A stretch of DNA of 64,000 nt from an uncultured delta proteobacterium (GTDB taxonomy: Bacteria; Desulfobacterota; WTBG01; CAIYCZ01), in NCBI GenBank assembly GCA_963803975.1, contig CAWDOY010000031.1:1-64000 (forward strand). The letters are read 5' to 3'. Position numbers and translations under genes: made by a program. Shown one piece after another: positions 24,632-34,341 of the stretch. The notes under the pieces were generated by a model that saw nothing but the letters and a program-made list of their open reading frames with translations, had not been told where the DNA came from and made no database searches. Numbering within the stretch: position 1 is the first letter of the stretch; each line of letters opens with the position of its first letter.

Positions 24632-25093
24632 TTATTGAAGCATTTTCAAGATATTTGCAGCTTTTTCCAGGGCGGTGAAAAGCTCCCGCTGTTTTTCCCT
24701 GGAAAGTTTTCCTATAATGCGCTCTATTTCACGGGTCCGCTTCTTCATAAATCTAAGCAAAAGCTGCTTCCCTTCCGCAGAAAGACAAATGCGCACATAC
24801 CGCTCGTCCCCGGGGTCCCTGAATTTTTTAACCATGTTCTTTTTCTCCAGGCGCTTTATTATAGGGGTCATATTAGACAGGGGGACGTGTGCAGTGCCGC
24901 TGAGCTCGCTGAGGGTGTATTCGCCGTTGATATCTACGAAAGCTGACAGGGCCTTTAACTCGGCAAGGCTGAAATCAAATTCTTCTTTCAGCACCGTACC
25001 GGCCATTGTTTTCCTGAAATACTGGCTGAAGAAAGACTTGAGGCTTTGCATCTGCTCTTCAAGGTTGTGGTATTCTTTGTAATGATGTTTCAT
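24632..25093 (-). CDS. MarR-family regulator
   Basis: LSELS...IIKRLEKKNMV...DPGDERYVRICLSAEGK. Confidence 0.85.
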   Translation of the reverse strand: MKHHYKEYHNLEEQMQSLKSFFSQYFRKTMAGTVLKEEFDFSLAELKALSAFVDINGEYTLSELSGTAHVPLSNMTPIIKRLEKKNMVKKFRDPGDERYVRICLSAEGKQLLLRFMKKRTREIERIIGKLSREKQRELFTALEKAANILKMLQ

Positions 25094-25188
25094 CGGGACT
25101 TCGGCCGGACTATGGTCACGTAATTATAGATGTAATCATTATATTTATAAGCATTGGCGAGGTCAACACTAAAATTCACGGGATAATA

Positions 25189-25926
25189 GGGACAGCGCCT
25201 ATTTTATGTTGACAAAACGAATGTTCAGATATAGATTAACACTATGCCCAGAGTAGCAAGAACCGTAGCAAAAGGATATCCCCATCATATAACTCAGCGG
25301 GGAAATTACCGGCAGGTGGTATTTGAGGCCGAGGCCGACTACCTGCAGTATCTGGAATGGTTAAAACAATATGGTAATAAATACGGACTTGATATCTGGG
25401 CCTACTGTCTTATGAACAACCATGTCCACTTTGTTTGTGTGCCAAAAAAACAAGATTCCCTGTCACGTACTTTTAATACCCTGCACATGCGATACTCACA
25501 GCATGTAAACCGTCGCAAGAAAGTCAGCGGTCATTTATGGCAGGGGAGATTTTATTCCACAATACTTGATGAAGCGCATGTTTACGCATCAATACGCTAT
25601 GTGGAGAACAACCCGGTACGAGCAGGTGTGGTTAAGAATGCAGAAGATTACCAATGGTCAAGTGCGCGGGATCATATCAAGGGGAATTTTGATGATGCTA
25701 TCGTGTCAAATAACTGCTATTTATTGGAGGAAGTTAAAGATTGGCGCAGGTACTTGCGTGAGAGAGAAGACGAAAAAATGATACATACTATCAGGAAGGG
25801 ATCACTGACGGGTCGGCCCAGCGGTGATGAGGGTTTTGTAAAGAGACTGGAAAAGAAATTCGGGCGGCGTTTACAGGCGTTACCGCATGGCAGGCCGAAG
25901 AAAACAGAAAAATAGGCGCTGGCCCC
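25189..25926 (+). mobile_element. Y1/RAYT transposase element with inverted ends
   Basis: GGGACAGCGCCTATTTT (25189-25205) and AAAATAGGCGCTGGCCCC (25909-25926). Confidence 0.7.
25244..25915 (+). CDS. REP-associated tyrosine (HUH Y1) transposase
   Basis: HHITQRGN, AYCLMNNHVH, GHLWQGRF, YVENNPVRAG, YQWSS. Confidence 0.9.
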   Translation: MPRVARTVAKGYPHHITQRGNYRQVVFEAEADYLQYLEWLKQYGNKYGLDIWAYCLMNNHVHFVCVPKKQDSLSRTFNTLHMRYSQHVNRRKKVSGHLWQGRFYSTILDEAHVYASIRYVENNPVRAGVVKNAEDYQWSSARDHIKGNFDDAIVSNNCYLLEEVKDWRRYLREREDEKMIHTIRKGSLTGRPSGDEGFVKRLEKKFGRRLQALPHGRPKKTEK

Positions 25927-25940
25927 ATGAAGGGGAATTG

Positions 25941-26699
25941 ATGTATTTAAAAGAGATTACGGCTTATTTAGACCATTACCTGAACGTTGCTGCCTTTCGC
26001 GATGATGCGGCAAACGGGCTGCAGGTGGAAAACAGCGGCAGCGTAGAAAAAGCAGCAGTGGCGGTTGATGCATGCCTTGAAACAATAGCCGGGGCTAAGG
26101 CAGCAGGCTGCACGATGCTGATTGTGCACCACGGCCTGTTCTGGGGCAGGCCGTTTGTCCTTACCGGGAATATATATCAGCGCATCAGCGCTCTCATTAA
26201 AGCTGATATGGCGCTGTATGCGGCGCACCTGCCCCTTGATGCTCATCCTGACGTGGGCAATAATGCGCAGATTGCCCGGGAAATCGGCCTCAGCGCTATC
26301 GAGCCCTTTGCCCGCTATCATGGCCAGCTTATCGGCATGAAGGGAGCGCTCACTCCCGCACAGCCGCTCGCTGCTTTTGCAAAAAAACTGGAAGCAATCA
26401 TTGGCTCCTGCCACGAACTTCTTGAGTTCGGGCCGCGGGAGATAAAGACCGTGGGCATTGTGTCCGGCTCTGCTTCCGACCCTGAGCTCATCAGTGAACT
26501 CCACGACCAGAGCATCGACCTCTTTGTCACCGGAGAGCCGAAGCACGGGGCATACTACCTCATTCAGGAACTCGGCCTGAATATTTTTTATGGGGGACAC
26601 TACCGTACCGAACGGTTCGGCCCGCAGGCCCTTGGCGAGCATCTGCAGAAACAGCTGGGCCTGCCTGCCGTCTTCATAGACGCACCATCACCGTTTTGA
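25941..26699 (+). CDS. Nif3-like dinuclear metal centre protein
   Basis: NGLQVE, VHHGLFW, AHLPLDAHPDVGNN, GGHYRTE. Confidence 0.9.
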   Translation: MYLKEITAYLDHYLNVAAFRDDAANGLQVENSGSVEKAAVAVDACLETIAGAKAAGCTMLIVHHGLFWGRPFVLTGNIYQRISALIKADMALYAAHLPLDAHPDVGNNAQIAREIGLSAIEPFARYHGQLIGMKGALTPAQPLAAFAKKLEAIIGSCHELLEFGPREIKTVGIVSGSASDPELISELHDQSIDLFVTGEPKHGAYYLIQELGLNIFYGGHYRTERFGPQALGEHLQKQLGLPAVFIDAPSPF

Positions 26700-26798
26700 A
26701 CACGTGGCACGGGACTCGGGGCTCGTGATTCGTGAAACCGGCCAGTTTGTTTGTGATCTAACCCCGAACCACCAGCCACTAATCCCGAACTATAAACA

Positions 26799-28769
26799 TT
26801 GATTTCATTAAACAATATAGCCAAGCACTACAGCGGGGAATATCTCTTTAAGGATGTGACCCTCCACTTTGGCGACCGGGAGCGCGTTGCCATTGTGGGA
26901 GCCAATGGAACCGGCAAATCCACGCTGATGAAAATCATGGTGGGCCAGCTTGAGCCGGACAGCGGCGCGGTGACACAGTCCCGCTCAAACACCGCCGCTT
27001 ACCTGCCGCAGGACGGGGTTTATCACCAGGGCAAAACCCTCCTTGATGAAGCGGCGACCGCGTTTGATGATGTGCTGCTGCTGCACAGAAGAATCGATGC
27101 CATCAACAAAGAGCTCGAGGTCCTGACGGAAAACGGGGACCCCGCGTCTCCGGAGATGCACACGCTGCTCGAGGAGATGGGAAAGCTGCAGCACCATCTT
27201 GAGCACCGCCAGGGCTACAGCATCGAAGCGCGCTGCAAGCAGATTCTCTCGGGCCTGGGATTTTCCGAGCGTGATTTTGCGCGCATGACCGATGAGTTCA
27301 GCGGCGGCTGGCAGATGCGCATCGAACTGGCAAAGCTGCTGCTCCGGGAGCCCACCATTCTGCTGCTTGATGAGCCCACCAACCACCTGGACCTTGAATC
27401 CCTGGAATGGCTTGAATCCTATTTGCAGAGCTATGATGGCTCCGTTATCATCATCTCCCACGACAGCCGTTTTCTGGATAACCTGGTTGCGCGGACTCTT
27501 GAGGTATCTCTGGGCAGGCTTGTGGAATACAGCGGCAATTACGCCGCCTATCTCAAGCAGAAATCCCAGCGCCTGGCAGCGGCTGAATCAGCTTACGACA
27601 ATCAGCAGCGGCTCATAAAGCAGACCATGGCCTTTGTGGAGCGGTTCCGCTATAAGGCAACCAAAGCGCGCCAGGTGCAGAGCCGGCTGCGGATGCTTGA
27701 CAAGATGGAGCACGTTGCCGTAGAACGTGAGGAGCAGGAGATTGATTTCAACTTTCCCCAGCCTGCAGCCCCGGGCCGTGTTGTTATGGAGCTGAAAGAT
27801 CTTGGCAAGGCGTATGGAAGCGTGAGCGTTCTTCAGGATGTATCACTCAAAATTGACCGCGGCGATCGCATTGCCATGCTGGGCGTCAATGGCTCCGGAA
27901 AATCAACCCTGGCGCGCATTATGGCCGGGCTTGAGCTGTTTGAGACCGGCCAGCGCATCCCCGGGCACAATGTCAGCATCTCCTATTTTGCCCAGCACCA
28001 GGCAGAGGACCTGGACGGGCAGAAAACGGCTCTCCAGACACTCCAGGAGCTGGCGCCTGCGGAGAGCGTCACGCGCCTGCGCTCATTGCTGGGGCTGTTT
28101 CTGTTTCCCGGGGATGATGTTTTTAAAAAAGTTGCGGTGCTGTCAGGCGGAGAAAAGAGCCGCCTCGCCCTTGCCAAGATGCTTCTTATGAAAGCAAATT
28201 TTCTCATCCTTGATGAGCCGACCAACCACCTTGACGTGGCCTCCAAGGCAGTGCTGCAGCAGGCGCTGGATAACTTTTCCGGCTCTTACGTCATCGTTTC
28301 CCATGACCGTGATTTCCTGGAGCCGCTTATCACTAAGATAGTCGATATTAAAGATGGACAGGTGTGCGTGATGCCGGGCACGGTAGGAACCTATCTGGAG
28401 AAGCTCCATGCAGCGCAGCAGGATACCTTTCAGCTGCGCGACCCGGCAGGGCACGCGGTGCAGAAAAAATCGCCGTTTCATCTTGAAAAGCTGCGCAAGC
28501 GCGACGAGGCAGAAAAGCGGCAGGATCGCTACCAGAGGCTTAAGCCGCTGAACGCTGTCCTGGAAACTATAGAAGAAGAAATTACCCGTGCCGAGCAGCG
28601 CAAGGCCGAGATTGAAGCAGCGCTTGCTGATCATAAGACCTATGAAAACGAGGAGCTGGCCCGCTCAATGAATATTGAGTACCGGGAAATAAACTCCCGC
28701 ATTGAAACCCTGTATGAAGAATGGACGCAGGTCCATGAACAGATAGAGCAGATAGGGACTGATGAATAA
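26799..28769 (+). CDS. ABC-F family ATP-binding protein
   Basis: Two ABC domains (GANGTGKST, SGGW, LDEPTNHLD; GVNGSGKST, LSGGEK), no TM segments. Confidence 0.92.
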   Translation: MISLNNIAKHYSGEYLFKDVTLHFGDRERVAIVGANGTGKSTLMKIMVGQLEPDSGAVTQSRSNTAAYLPQDGVYHQGKTLLDEAATAFDDVLLLHRRIDAINKELEVLTENGDPASPEMHTLLEEMGKLQHHLEHRQGYSIEARCKQILSGLGFSERDFARMTDEFSGGWQMRIELAKLLLREPTILLLDEPTNHLDLESLEWLESYLQSYDGSVIIISHDSRFLDNLVARTLEVSLGRLVEYSGNYAAYLKQKSQRLAAAESAYDNQQRLIKQTMAFVERFRYKATKARQVQSRLRMLDKMEHVAVEREEQEIDFNFPQPAAPGRVVMELKDLGKAYGSVSVLQDVSLKIDRGDRIAMLGVNGSGKSTLARIMAGLELFETGQRIPGHNVSISYFAQHQAEDLDGQKTALQTLQELAPAESVTRLRSLLGLFLFPGDDVFKKVAVLSGGEKSRLALAKMLLMKANFLILDEPTNHLDVASKAVLQQALDNFSGSYVIVSHDRDFLEPLITKIVDIKDGQVCVMPGTVGTYLEKLHAAQQDTFQLRDPAGHAVQKKSPFHLEKLRKRDEAEKRQDRYQRLKPLNAVLETIEEEITRAEQRKAEIEAALADHKTYENEELARSMNIEYREINSRIETLYEEWTQVHEQIEQIGTDE

Positions 28770-28928
28770 ATCTGGGGACATAAGGCACAGACGAGAGTGC
28801 AGAAGGTGGAAGGGAAGTAGGTGGACTCGTGCCACCCTCCGCAGTGTTTAAAAAACAAGCGTATTGGTGATTACTACGTAAAAGTTTAAATTTGGACTGG
28901 CAACATTTATAAGTGCTACGGAGGACGG

Positions 28929-28997
28929 GTGATTACAGGGACGTGAAAAGTGAAAGGTGAAATCCCGATTCACGAATTCCCGATTCACCCATTCACC
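28929..28997 (+). repeat. Dispersed repeat, inverted partner at 31528-31600
   Basis: GTGAAAAGTGAAAGGTGAAATCCCGATTCA...CCCATTCACC. Confidence 0.7.
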
Positions 28998-29023
28998 TAT
29001 TTATCTTTAAACAGGAGGCTGTT

Positions 29024-29266
29024 ATGAAAAAATTTTTTTTGCTGGCATTGATACCGCTCAGTTTTTTATGTTTTATCTGCTCCGGCTGCTCACGGGCAAA
29101 GGAAGCGGAGCCGGAGAAGGGGAGCATTGATAAATTTACTGAGCAGACCGGGCGCGAAGCAGCAGAGGCAATAAAGAAGCCCATTAACAAGGCAAAAGAT
29201 ATTGATACGATGGCGCAGGAGCGACTGAAGAACCTGGAAAAACAGGATGCGGAAAAGAGCGAGTAG
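29024..29266 (+). CDS. Small lipoprotein
   Basis: RBS AGGAGG, CSGC lipobox. Confidence 0.7.
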   Translation: MKKFFLLALIPLSFLCFICSGCSRAKEAEPEKGSIDKFTEQTGREAAEAIKKPINKAKDIDTMAQERLKNLEKQDAEKSE

Positions 29267-29363
29267 GCTGGTGTTAAAACAATTCCTGCGGTTTCAGCCG
29301 TCACGATATCTTGTTTTTCTGCTGGTTATTTCAGCATGTTCCGGCAGCGAAGGGGAGATCGCC

Positions 29364-30155
29364 ATGAAGCAGCAAAATGTTTGTGATTTCAGGAAGCTGG
29401 ATAATCCAAGGGTTCTTGCCTTTGTTTTTCATCCGCAAAAAGACCGGTCATCTGTACCTCCAGCGGGCGCTCTCGATTATTACGTAACCGCTGCTGATGG
29501 TATCAGGATAGGGTGCCGGTTTTATATTAAGGACGCGCAGGCTCCTTCGATTCTCTTCTTTCACGGCAACGGCGAGATCGTGAGTGACTATGATGATATC
29601 GGCCCCGTCTATAACAGCTTCGGGCTGAACCTGCTGGCCGTAGACTTTCGCGGTTACGGGAAGAGCGACGGCACGCCCACCGTCACCGCGATGCTGAGCG
29701 ACGCGCACGTCATATTCCAAGAGGTGCGAACGTGGCTGAAGGAGAAGGGCATGAATGGCCCCCTGTGGGTAATGGGCAGGTCTCTCGGCTGCGTCTCGGC
29801 GCTTGAGCTTGCGTCAACGCGCGGAGCAGATATATCAGGTGTGATTATCGAGAGCGGTTTTGCCTACACGGTGCCGCTGCTCAAGTTTCTCGGCGTGGAT
29901 ACTGACGGTCTCGGCATTAAAGAAACTGACTGCTTCAGCCATGTGGAAAAAATCGAGCGCGTTACTATGCCCACGCTCATTATTCATGCTCAATATGATC
30001 AGTTCATTCCAATGTCAGATGCGCAAACTTTGCTCAAGCACTCTGCTGCGCAGAAGAAGCAGTTAATGGAGGTGAAGGGGGCTGACCACAACTCGGTTAT
30101 CATGAAGGCGGGAAAAAGCTATTTTGAAACCATACGGCAGTTTATAACAAAATGA
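29364..30155 (+). CDS. Alpha/beta hydrolase
   Basis: FFHGNGE, DFRGYGKS, GRSLG nucleophile, GADHN. Confidence 0.88.
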   Translation: MKQQNVCDFRKLDNPRVLAFVFHPQKDRSSVPPAGALDYYVTAADGIRIGCRFYIKDAQAPSILFFHGNGEIVSDYDDIGPVYNSFGLNLLAVDFRGYGKSDGTPTVTAMLSDAHVIFQEVRTWLKEKGMNGPLWVMGRSLGCVSALELASTRGADISGVIIESGFAYTVPLLKFLGVDTDGLGIKETDCFSHVEKIERVTMPTLIIHAQYDQFIPMSDAQTLLKHSAAQKKQLMEVKGADHNSVIMKAGKSYFETIRQFITK

Positions 30156-30165
30156 GGAGATTATC

Positions 30166-30603
30166 ATGACAACGGTAAGCAGGAAAAATATTATTATCCT
30201 GGTTGTGCTTCTTTGCAGCGTCGTGCTTAGCGCCTGGGGCGATTCAGTGGCCGTCGCAGCGGAGAAAGCAACGGTCGCAACAATTATTATACAGGACCGA
30301 TCGGACGGAATAAGCCCTGTTTCAGTGGACGTGAAGAGAGGGGACACGGTAGTGTGGTACAACCAGGGTAAGTATCCTGTTACCATCAGCGTGAAGCAGC
30401 GGATCGGGATTGTATGCTCCCCGCTGGTCAATTTCAATGCCGACCCTGCCGGCAATTACAGGACCGGCGTGCTACCCCACGGTGCCACAGCGAGCCTGTG
30501 TTTCCTCCATGGGGGCACGTATACCTTCGAGGTTCGCTGGCTGAATACGAAGGAAAAAAAGTTCTCGGCAAAGGCTGTGACCGGGTCCGTGGCAGTTAAG
30601 TGA
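30166..30603 (+). CDS. Secreted cupredoxin-like protein
   Basis: SPVSVDVKRGDTVVWYN, GTYTF; canonical Cu ligands not evident. Confidence 0.6.
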   Translation: MTTVSRKNIIILVVLLCSVVLSAWGDSVAVAAEKATVATIIIQDRSDGISPVSVDVKRGDTVVWYNQGKYPVTISVKQRIGIVCSPLVNFNADPAGNYRTGVLPHGATASLCFLHGGTYTFEVRWLNTKEKKFSAKAVTGSVAVK

Positions 30604-30629
30604 TAGTGCCGCAGCTCAGCCTTTTGTAA

Positions 30630-31499
30630 TCAGGAGTGTCCCTGCGCATACACCGTCCGGTCAAGATTGGTGACCAGCCCCGGCACCAGCCGGTAGGGCA
30701 GGCACACCAGCAGCTCATCATCCTGGAGGCGCATGAACGTCCTGCCGCCGTGGTCGCCGACGGTGAAGACCGGCTTGTTCTCGATAAACGGGAAGGTGAT
30801 GCTCATCAGGCAGGTGGATTTACCCGCGTATCCGGTGATCAGCTCTGCTGTCTCAAATGAATAGGCGGTTGAGACCATGCTCATCTGGCGGCAGTTCACC
30901 GGGATGAGAATGATGTCGGGCCTGCTCAGCCGGTCCAGTGACCCGAGAATCATGCCGCCATATACTTTGGGGTAGCGCGGGAACTGGGCCCGGTTTTTTG
31001 CCAGCAGGTCTTTGGCGGCATACAGGTTTCCCTCGCCGACGACCTGCGCGTTTATCACCATCTCAAAGTCTTCTTTAGCGACCTTGCTTGAGCCAATACC
31101 GACATTTTTTGATCCGCCGCAGCTGCTCGCCACGCCCCTGAAAAACACGGGATCTCCCTGGCCCTCGAATATATCGCCGCAGATTGCACACCAGAACGTC
31201 GGCCCTTCTTCAACACGGACGCCATCAGGTGCCTTATCCGCAAACTTCATGGCCACGATGTCCCGCTTCAGGGAGAGCTTTTCCTTCAGCGCGCTGTTGA
31301 CCTTTTTGTTGTCAAACTCAGCCCGCACCGGCCCTTTTTTTATGGCATCCGTCGAGCAGTATTCGAGGCACACTCCGCAGTCGCAGCACATGCCGGTTAT
31401 GAAATACCGGTCTCCCCGCATGATGATGGCACGGTTCGGGCAGTTGCCGACGCACGAGCCGCACGCGGCGCAGATTTCCTGGTCAATAACGAGTGGCAT
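30630..31499 (-). CDS. 4Fe-4S ferredoxin-DUF169 fusion
   Basis: CAACGSCVGNCP, CCDCGVC; PDIILIP...GDHGGR; paralog of 53971-54838. Confidence 0.8.
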   Translation of the reverse strand: MPLVIDQEICAACGSCVGNCPNRAIIMRGDRYFITGMCCDCGVCLEYCSTDAIKKGPVRAEFDNKKVNSALKEKLSLKRDIVAMKFADKAPDGVRVEEGPTFWCAICGDIFEGQGDPVFFRGVASSCGGSKNVGIGSSKVAKEDFEMVINAQVVGEGNLYAAKDLLAKNRAQFPRYPKVYGGMILGSLDRLSRPDIILIPVNCRQMSMVSTAYSFETAELITGYAGKSTCLMSITFPFIENKPVFTVGDHGGRTFMRLQDDELLVCLPYRLVPGLVTNLDRTVYAQGHS

Positions 31500-31527
31500 A
31501 TCAATCCTCCCTGGTTTAAGGTAAATC

Positions 31528-31600
31528 GGTGAATGGGTAAATCGGTGAGTGGGTTGAATCGGGATTTCACCTTTCACTTTTCACGTTCCTGCATTATCAC
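31528..31600 (-). repeat. Dispersed repeat, inverted partner of 28929-28997
   Basis: TGAATCGGGATTTCACCTTTCACTTTTCACG. Confidence 0.7.
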
Positions 31601-31727
31601 TGTGCACTATGTGCACTAGTCACTGAACCACGAATCACGTACCGCGATTGTGCCTAGTCGGCCCATTGCACCGTAATTTGCGCAGACTGCTCGCAACTCC
31701 GAATCGCACTCCCAGTGCTACTCAGAA

Positions 31728-32042
31728 CTCAGCACTTTTTTCCCGAAACGCAGCTCTGCAGATAGGCTTTTTCAATCTCCGTGCTTTCCTTTTCCGCGGC
31801 CGCTGCCCGCTCAAACCACGCGCTCACCTCCGGCGCAAGAGCTTCCTCCTGCATCAGATTGCGGATATGCTGCAGCAGCATGGTTATAAAATATATTTTT
31901 ATCTTTTGAAAAATAGTCGCAGCCCGGGCCGCAGGAGCGAAGCTTTCGTCGCGTAGAGCATTACATCAAAGTTAACCAGCGCCGCGATTTTCTGCGCCTC
32001 GTCAAAATCAAGCTTGTATAAACCGGTTGCAGAGCTTTCCAT
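31728..32042 (-). CDS. Hypothetical protein (frameshifted, not in ORF track)
   Basis: MESSATGLYKLDFDEAQKIAALVNFDVMLY starts 7 bp after the sfsA stop. Confidence 0.35.
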
Positions 32043-32048
32043 AATTAT

Positions 32049-32751
32049 TCAGAGAGACAGATCAAACGGGATCGGCCTGCGCAGTTCGATTTTTTCCATG
32101 TCTATCTTCACATCATAGACCATTATTTCCACGCCCTGCTGCGCGGCAGCCCGCAGGGCCGTACCGTACGCAGGGTCTATTGAGTCGGCGGGCCGGAACA
32201 GCTTCGCGTCCATGCGCTGTATGAGATAAAACATAACACATCTGTCACCACTGTGCACCTGCTGCTGAAGCTCCACGAGGTGTTTGAGCCCCCGCGCGGT
32301 AATTGCGTCGGGAAACGACGCCACGCCGTCCTCGACAAGAGTGCAGTTTTTGATCTCGATAAAGCAGCGCCCGCCCTGTTTGTTTTCCAGCAGCAGGTCA
32401 ATCCGGGAATTGGTGCCGTAGGGTACTTCCCGCCGCACGTTTTCATAGCCGCGAAGGGGCTTGATTTTACCCGCGATAATGGCTTCCCCTGACCAGGCGG
32501 TTTGGAACTGCCGTGTTAACGCCGACCAGCGAGGTCGGCATTTCAATAAGCTCAAACGAGTATGCCAGGCGGCGCGAGGGACTATTGTGCCGGGACAGAA
32601 AAACAGTCCTCCCCGGCTCGCAGCAGGCACGCATGCTGCCGGTGTTGGCGCAGTGGGCAGTGACAATGTGCCCGTTCTGGAGCCTCACATCGACCATGAA
32701 GCGCTGGTAGCGTCTGATGAGGGTTCCGCGGAGCAGGGGAGGTAAGAGCAT
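32049..32751 (-). CDS. sfsA: DNA/RNA nuclease SfsA (frameshift about 32490)
   Basis: RRYQRF, AHCANTGSM, REVPYG, SRIDLL, EIKNCTL, FPDAITARGLKHL. Confidence 0.9.
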
Positions 32752-32830
32752 GTATAGAGCCTGTAGCTGTCAGCATTCAGCCAGCAAAATATAAAATTGG
32801 CTGATAGCCCGTCAATATCGAAAGCATCTG

Positions 32831-33991
32831 TTATGAGAAAAATCGCAACAGGCCTTCCCAGTCCCGTATCTTCAGATAGCGCATTATATAAAGATGGAAT
32901 ACGGTAACTATATTTGATGTCACAATATATGCGCCCAGCAGTGCCGCGCCGGCGCGCACGGTATACTGCCTGCGTTTGCAGAATTCCCGGATACCCTGCA
33001 CGATCAGGGCAATGACCGCGGGGTATGACAGAAAAAAGAGCCGGGGGTTGTGCACAAACAGGAGATAGGGGCCAGCGAAGGCAATTATATATATGAGATA
33101 AAGGTGCCGGTATGACGGTGCGCTCTTCCATCCCTGGCGCAGGAAAAGCCAGCCCCCGTGATAGCAGAACAGCGCCGCCGTGAAGAGATACATCAGGCCG
33201 CGGTGCCGGGGGCTGCCGAAGGTGGTGAAATCATTATATGACAGGCTGAAAAAGCTGTAGACAACACTGACCAGCAGGATCGGCAGCACGCAGGTTGCGG
33301 GAATGCTTGTGTAGCGCTTCTCATAGATAAGAGAAAAAAGCACAAATAGAAGCAGGATAATGAGCATCGGCTTGGTGAGAAGTGCGAGCGCGAGAGTGAT
33401 ACCAAGAACTATATTCTTAATGCCACCCCCTCCCCTTAATCCCCTCCCGCGAGGGGAGGGAAAATCACCTTGTACCCTCTCTCTGGAAGGGAGAGAGGCA
33501 GGTTGAAACCATCTCAGGTAAAGAAACGGAATAAGACAGGCAAAGAAGTACGACCCCATGTCCGCCATGACGGGCAGCCCCCACTCAATTACCGGAAGGG
33601 ATGTGGTAAAGAGTGCCGCCCCGGCGAAGGCAAAAAAGTCATCCTGCAGGACTGTTTTTAAAAACTCATAAAAAAGCAGAGGAGTGATAAGCCAGAGCAG
33701 GATGTTTATGATTAAAAAAGCGGCTGGTATGCCGGTGAGGTTTCCCAGGAGTGATGCGGCAAAGGGCACCAGGGGGCTGAACAGCCGGTATCTCATGAGC
33801 GACTGTTCCTCGGCAGGAATGTCTCTGCCGTTCAGGTAATCGGCAACGAGCAGATATCCCCGGCTGTCTTCAGCGTAAACCGCAGACCAGTTTTCAATCC
33901 TGCTTAAAGAATTGAGATAGAGCGCGGAGAGCCCGATTTGCAGAAGGGTCAGCACTATGAGCGATACGCGGTAAAAATTATTCTTTTGCAT
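32831..33991 (-). CDS. Multi-pass membrane protein, GT-C glycosyltransferase-like
   Basis: EDSRGY, YRLFSP, LTKP motifs; many TM segments; beside GT2 genes. Confidence 0.65.
   Translation of the reverse strand: MQKNNFYRVSLIVLTLLQIGLSALYLNSLSRIENWSAVYAEDSRGYLLVADYLNGRDIPAEEQSLMRYRLFSPLVPFAASLLGNLTGIPAAFLIINILLWLITPLLFYEFLKTVLQDDFFAFAGAALFTTSLPVIEWGLPVMADMGSYFFACLIPFLYLRWFQPASLPSRERVQGDFPSPRGRGLRGGGGIKNIVLGITLALALLTKPMLIILLLFVLFSLIYEKRYTSIPATCVLPILLVSVVYSFFSLSYNDFTTFGSPRHRGLMYLFTAALFCYHGGWLFLRQGWKSAPSYRHLYLIYIIAFAGPYLLFVHNPRLFFLSYPAVIALIVQGIREFCKRRQYTVRAGAALLGAYIVTSNIVTVFHLYIMRYLKIRDWEGLLRFFS
33424..33500. repeat. REP-like palindromic insert within a CDS
   Basis: CCCTCCC-GCGAG-GGGAGGG and CCTCTCTC...GAGAGAGG hairpins; encodes PSRERVQGDFPSPRGRGLRGGG. 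Confidence 0.6.
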
Positions 33992-34341
33992 CTGCTGCTA
34001 TCCCAAAGAGTGCCTCGTGACTCGTGTCCCGCAATCCGTATTTGCTTTGTGCCTGCCCGCCGTAGACTTGCGCGAAGGCGGGATGCCTTTGTGCCTTGTT
34101 CTCTAACCTTACCAAATTCTCTCCGTCTAAACAACCGGCAAAACGCTCCTGTTGTTTTGAAACAAATTGTACCCCCGTATGTTTTATGCTATATCCGGTA
34201 GCTGAATCTGGAGCGCAGCCATACCAAATGAATCAGGAACTCTAAAAATTGCCCTTTTATGGTTTTAGTTTTCAGGTAAATATTTTTTCCTGATTTCTTG
34301 AGTTCCAGATTCTGCAACTTTATTTTTTACCATGATTTAAT

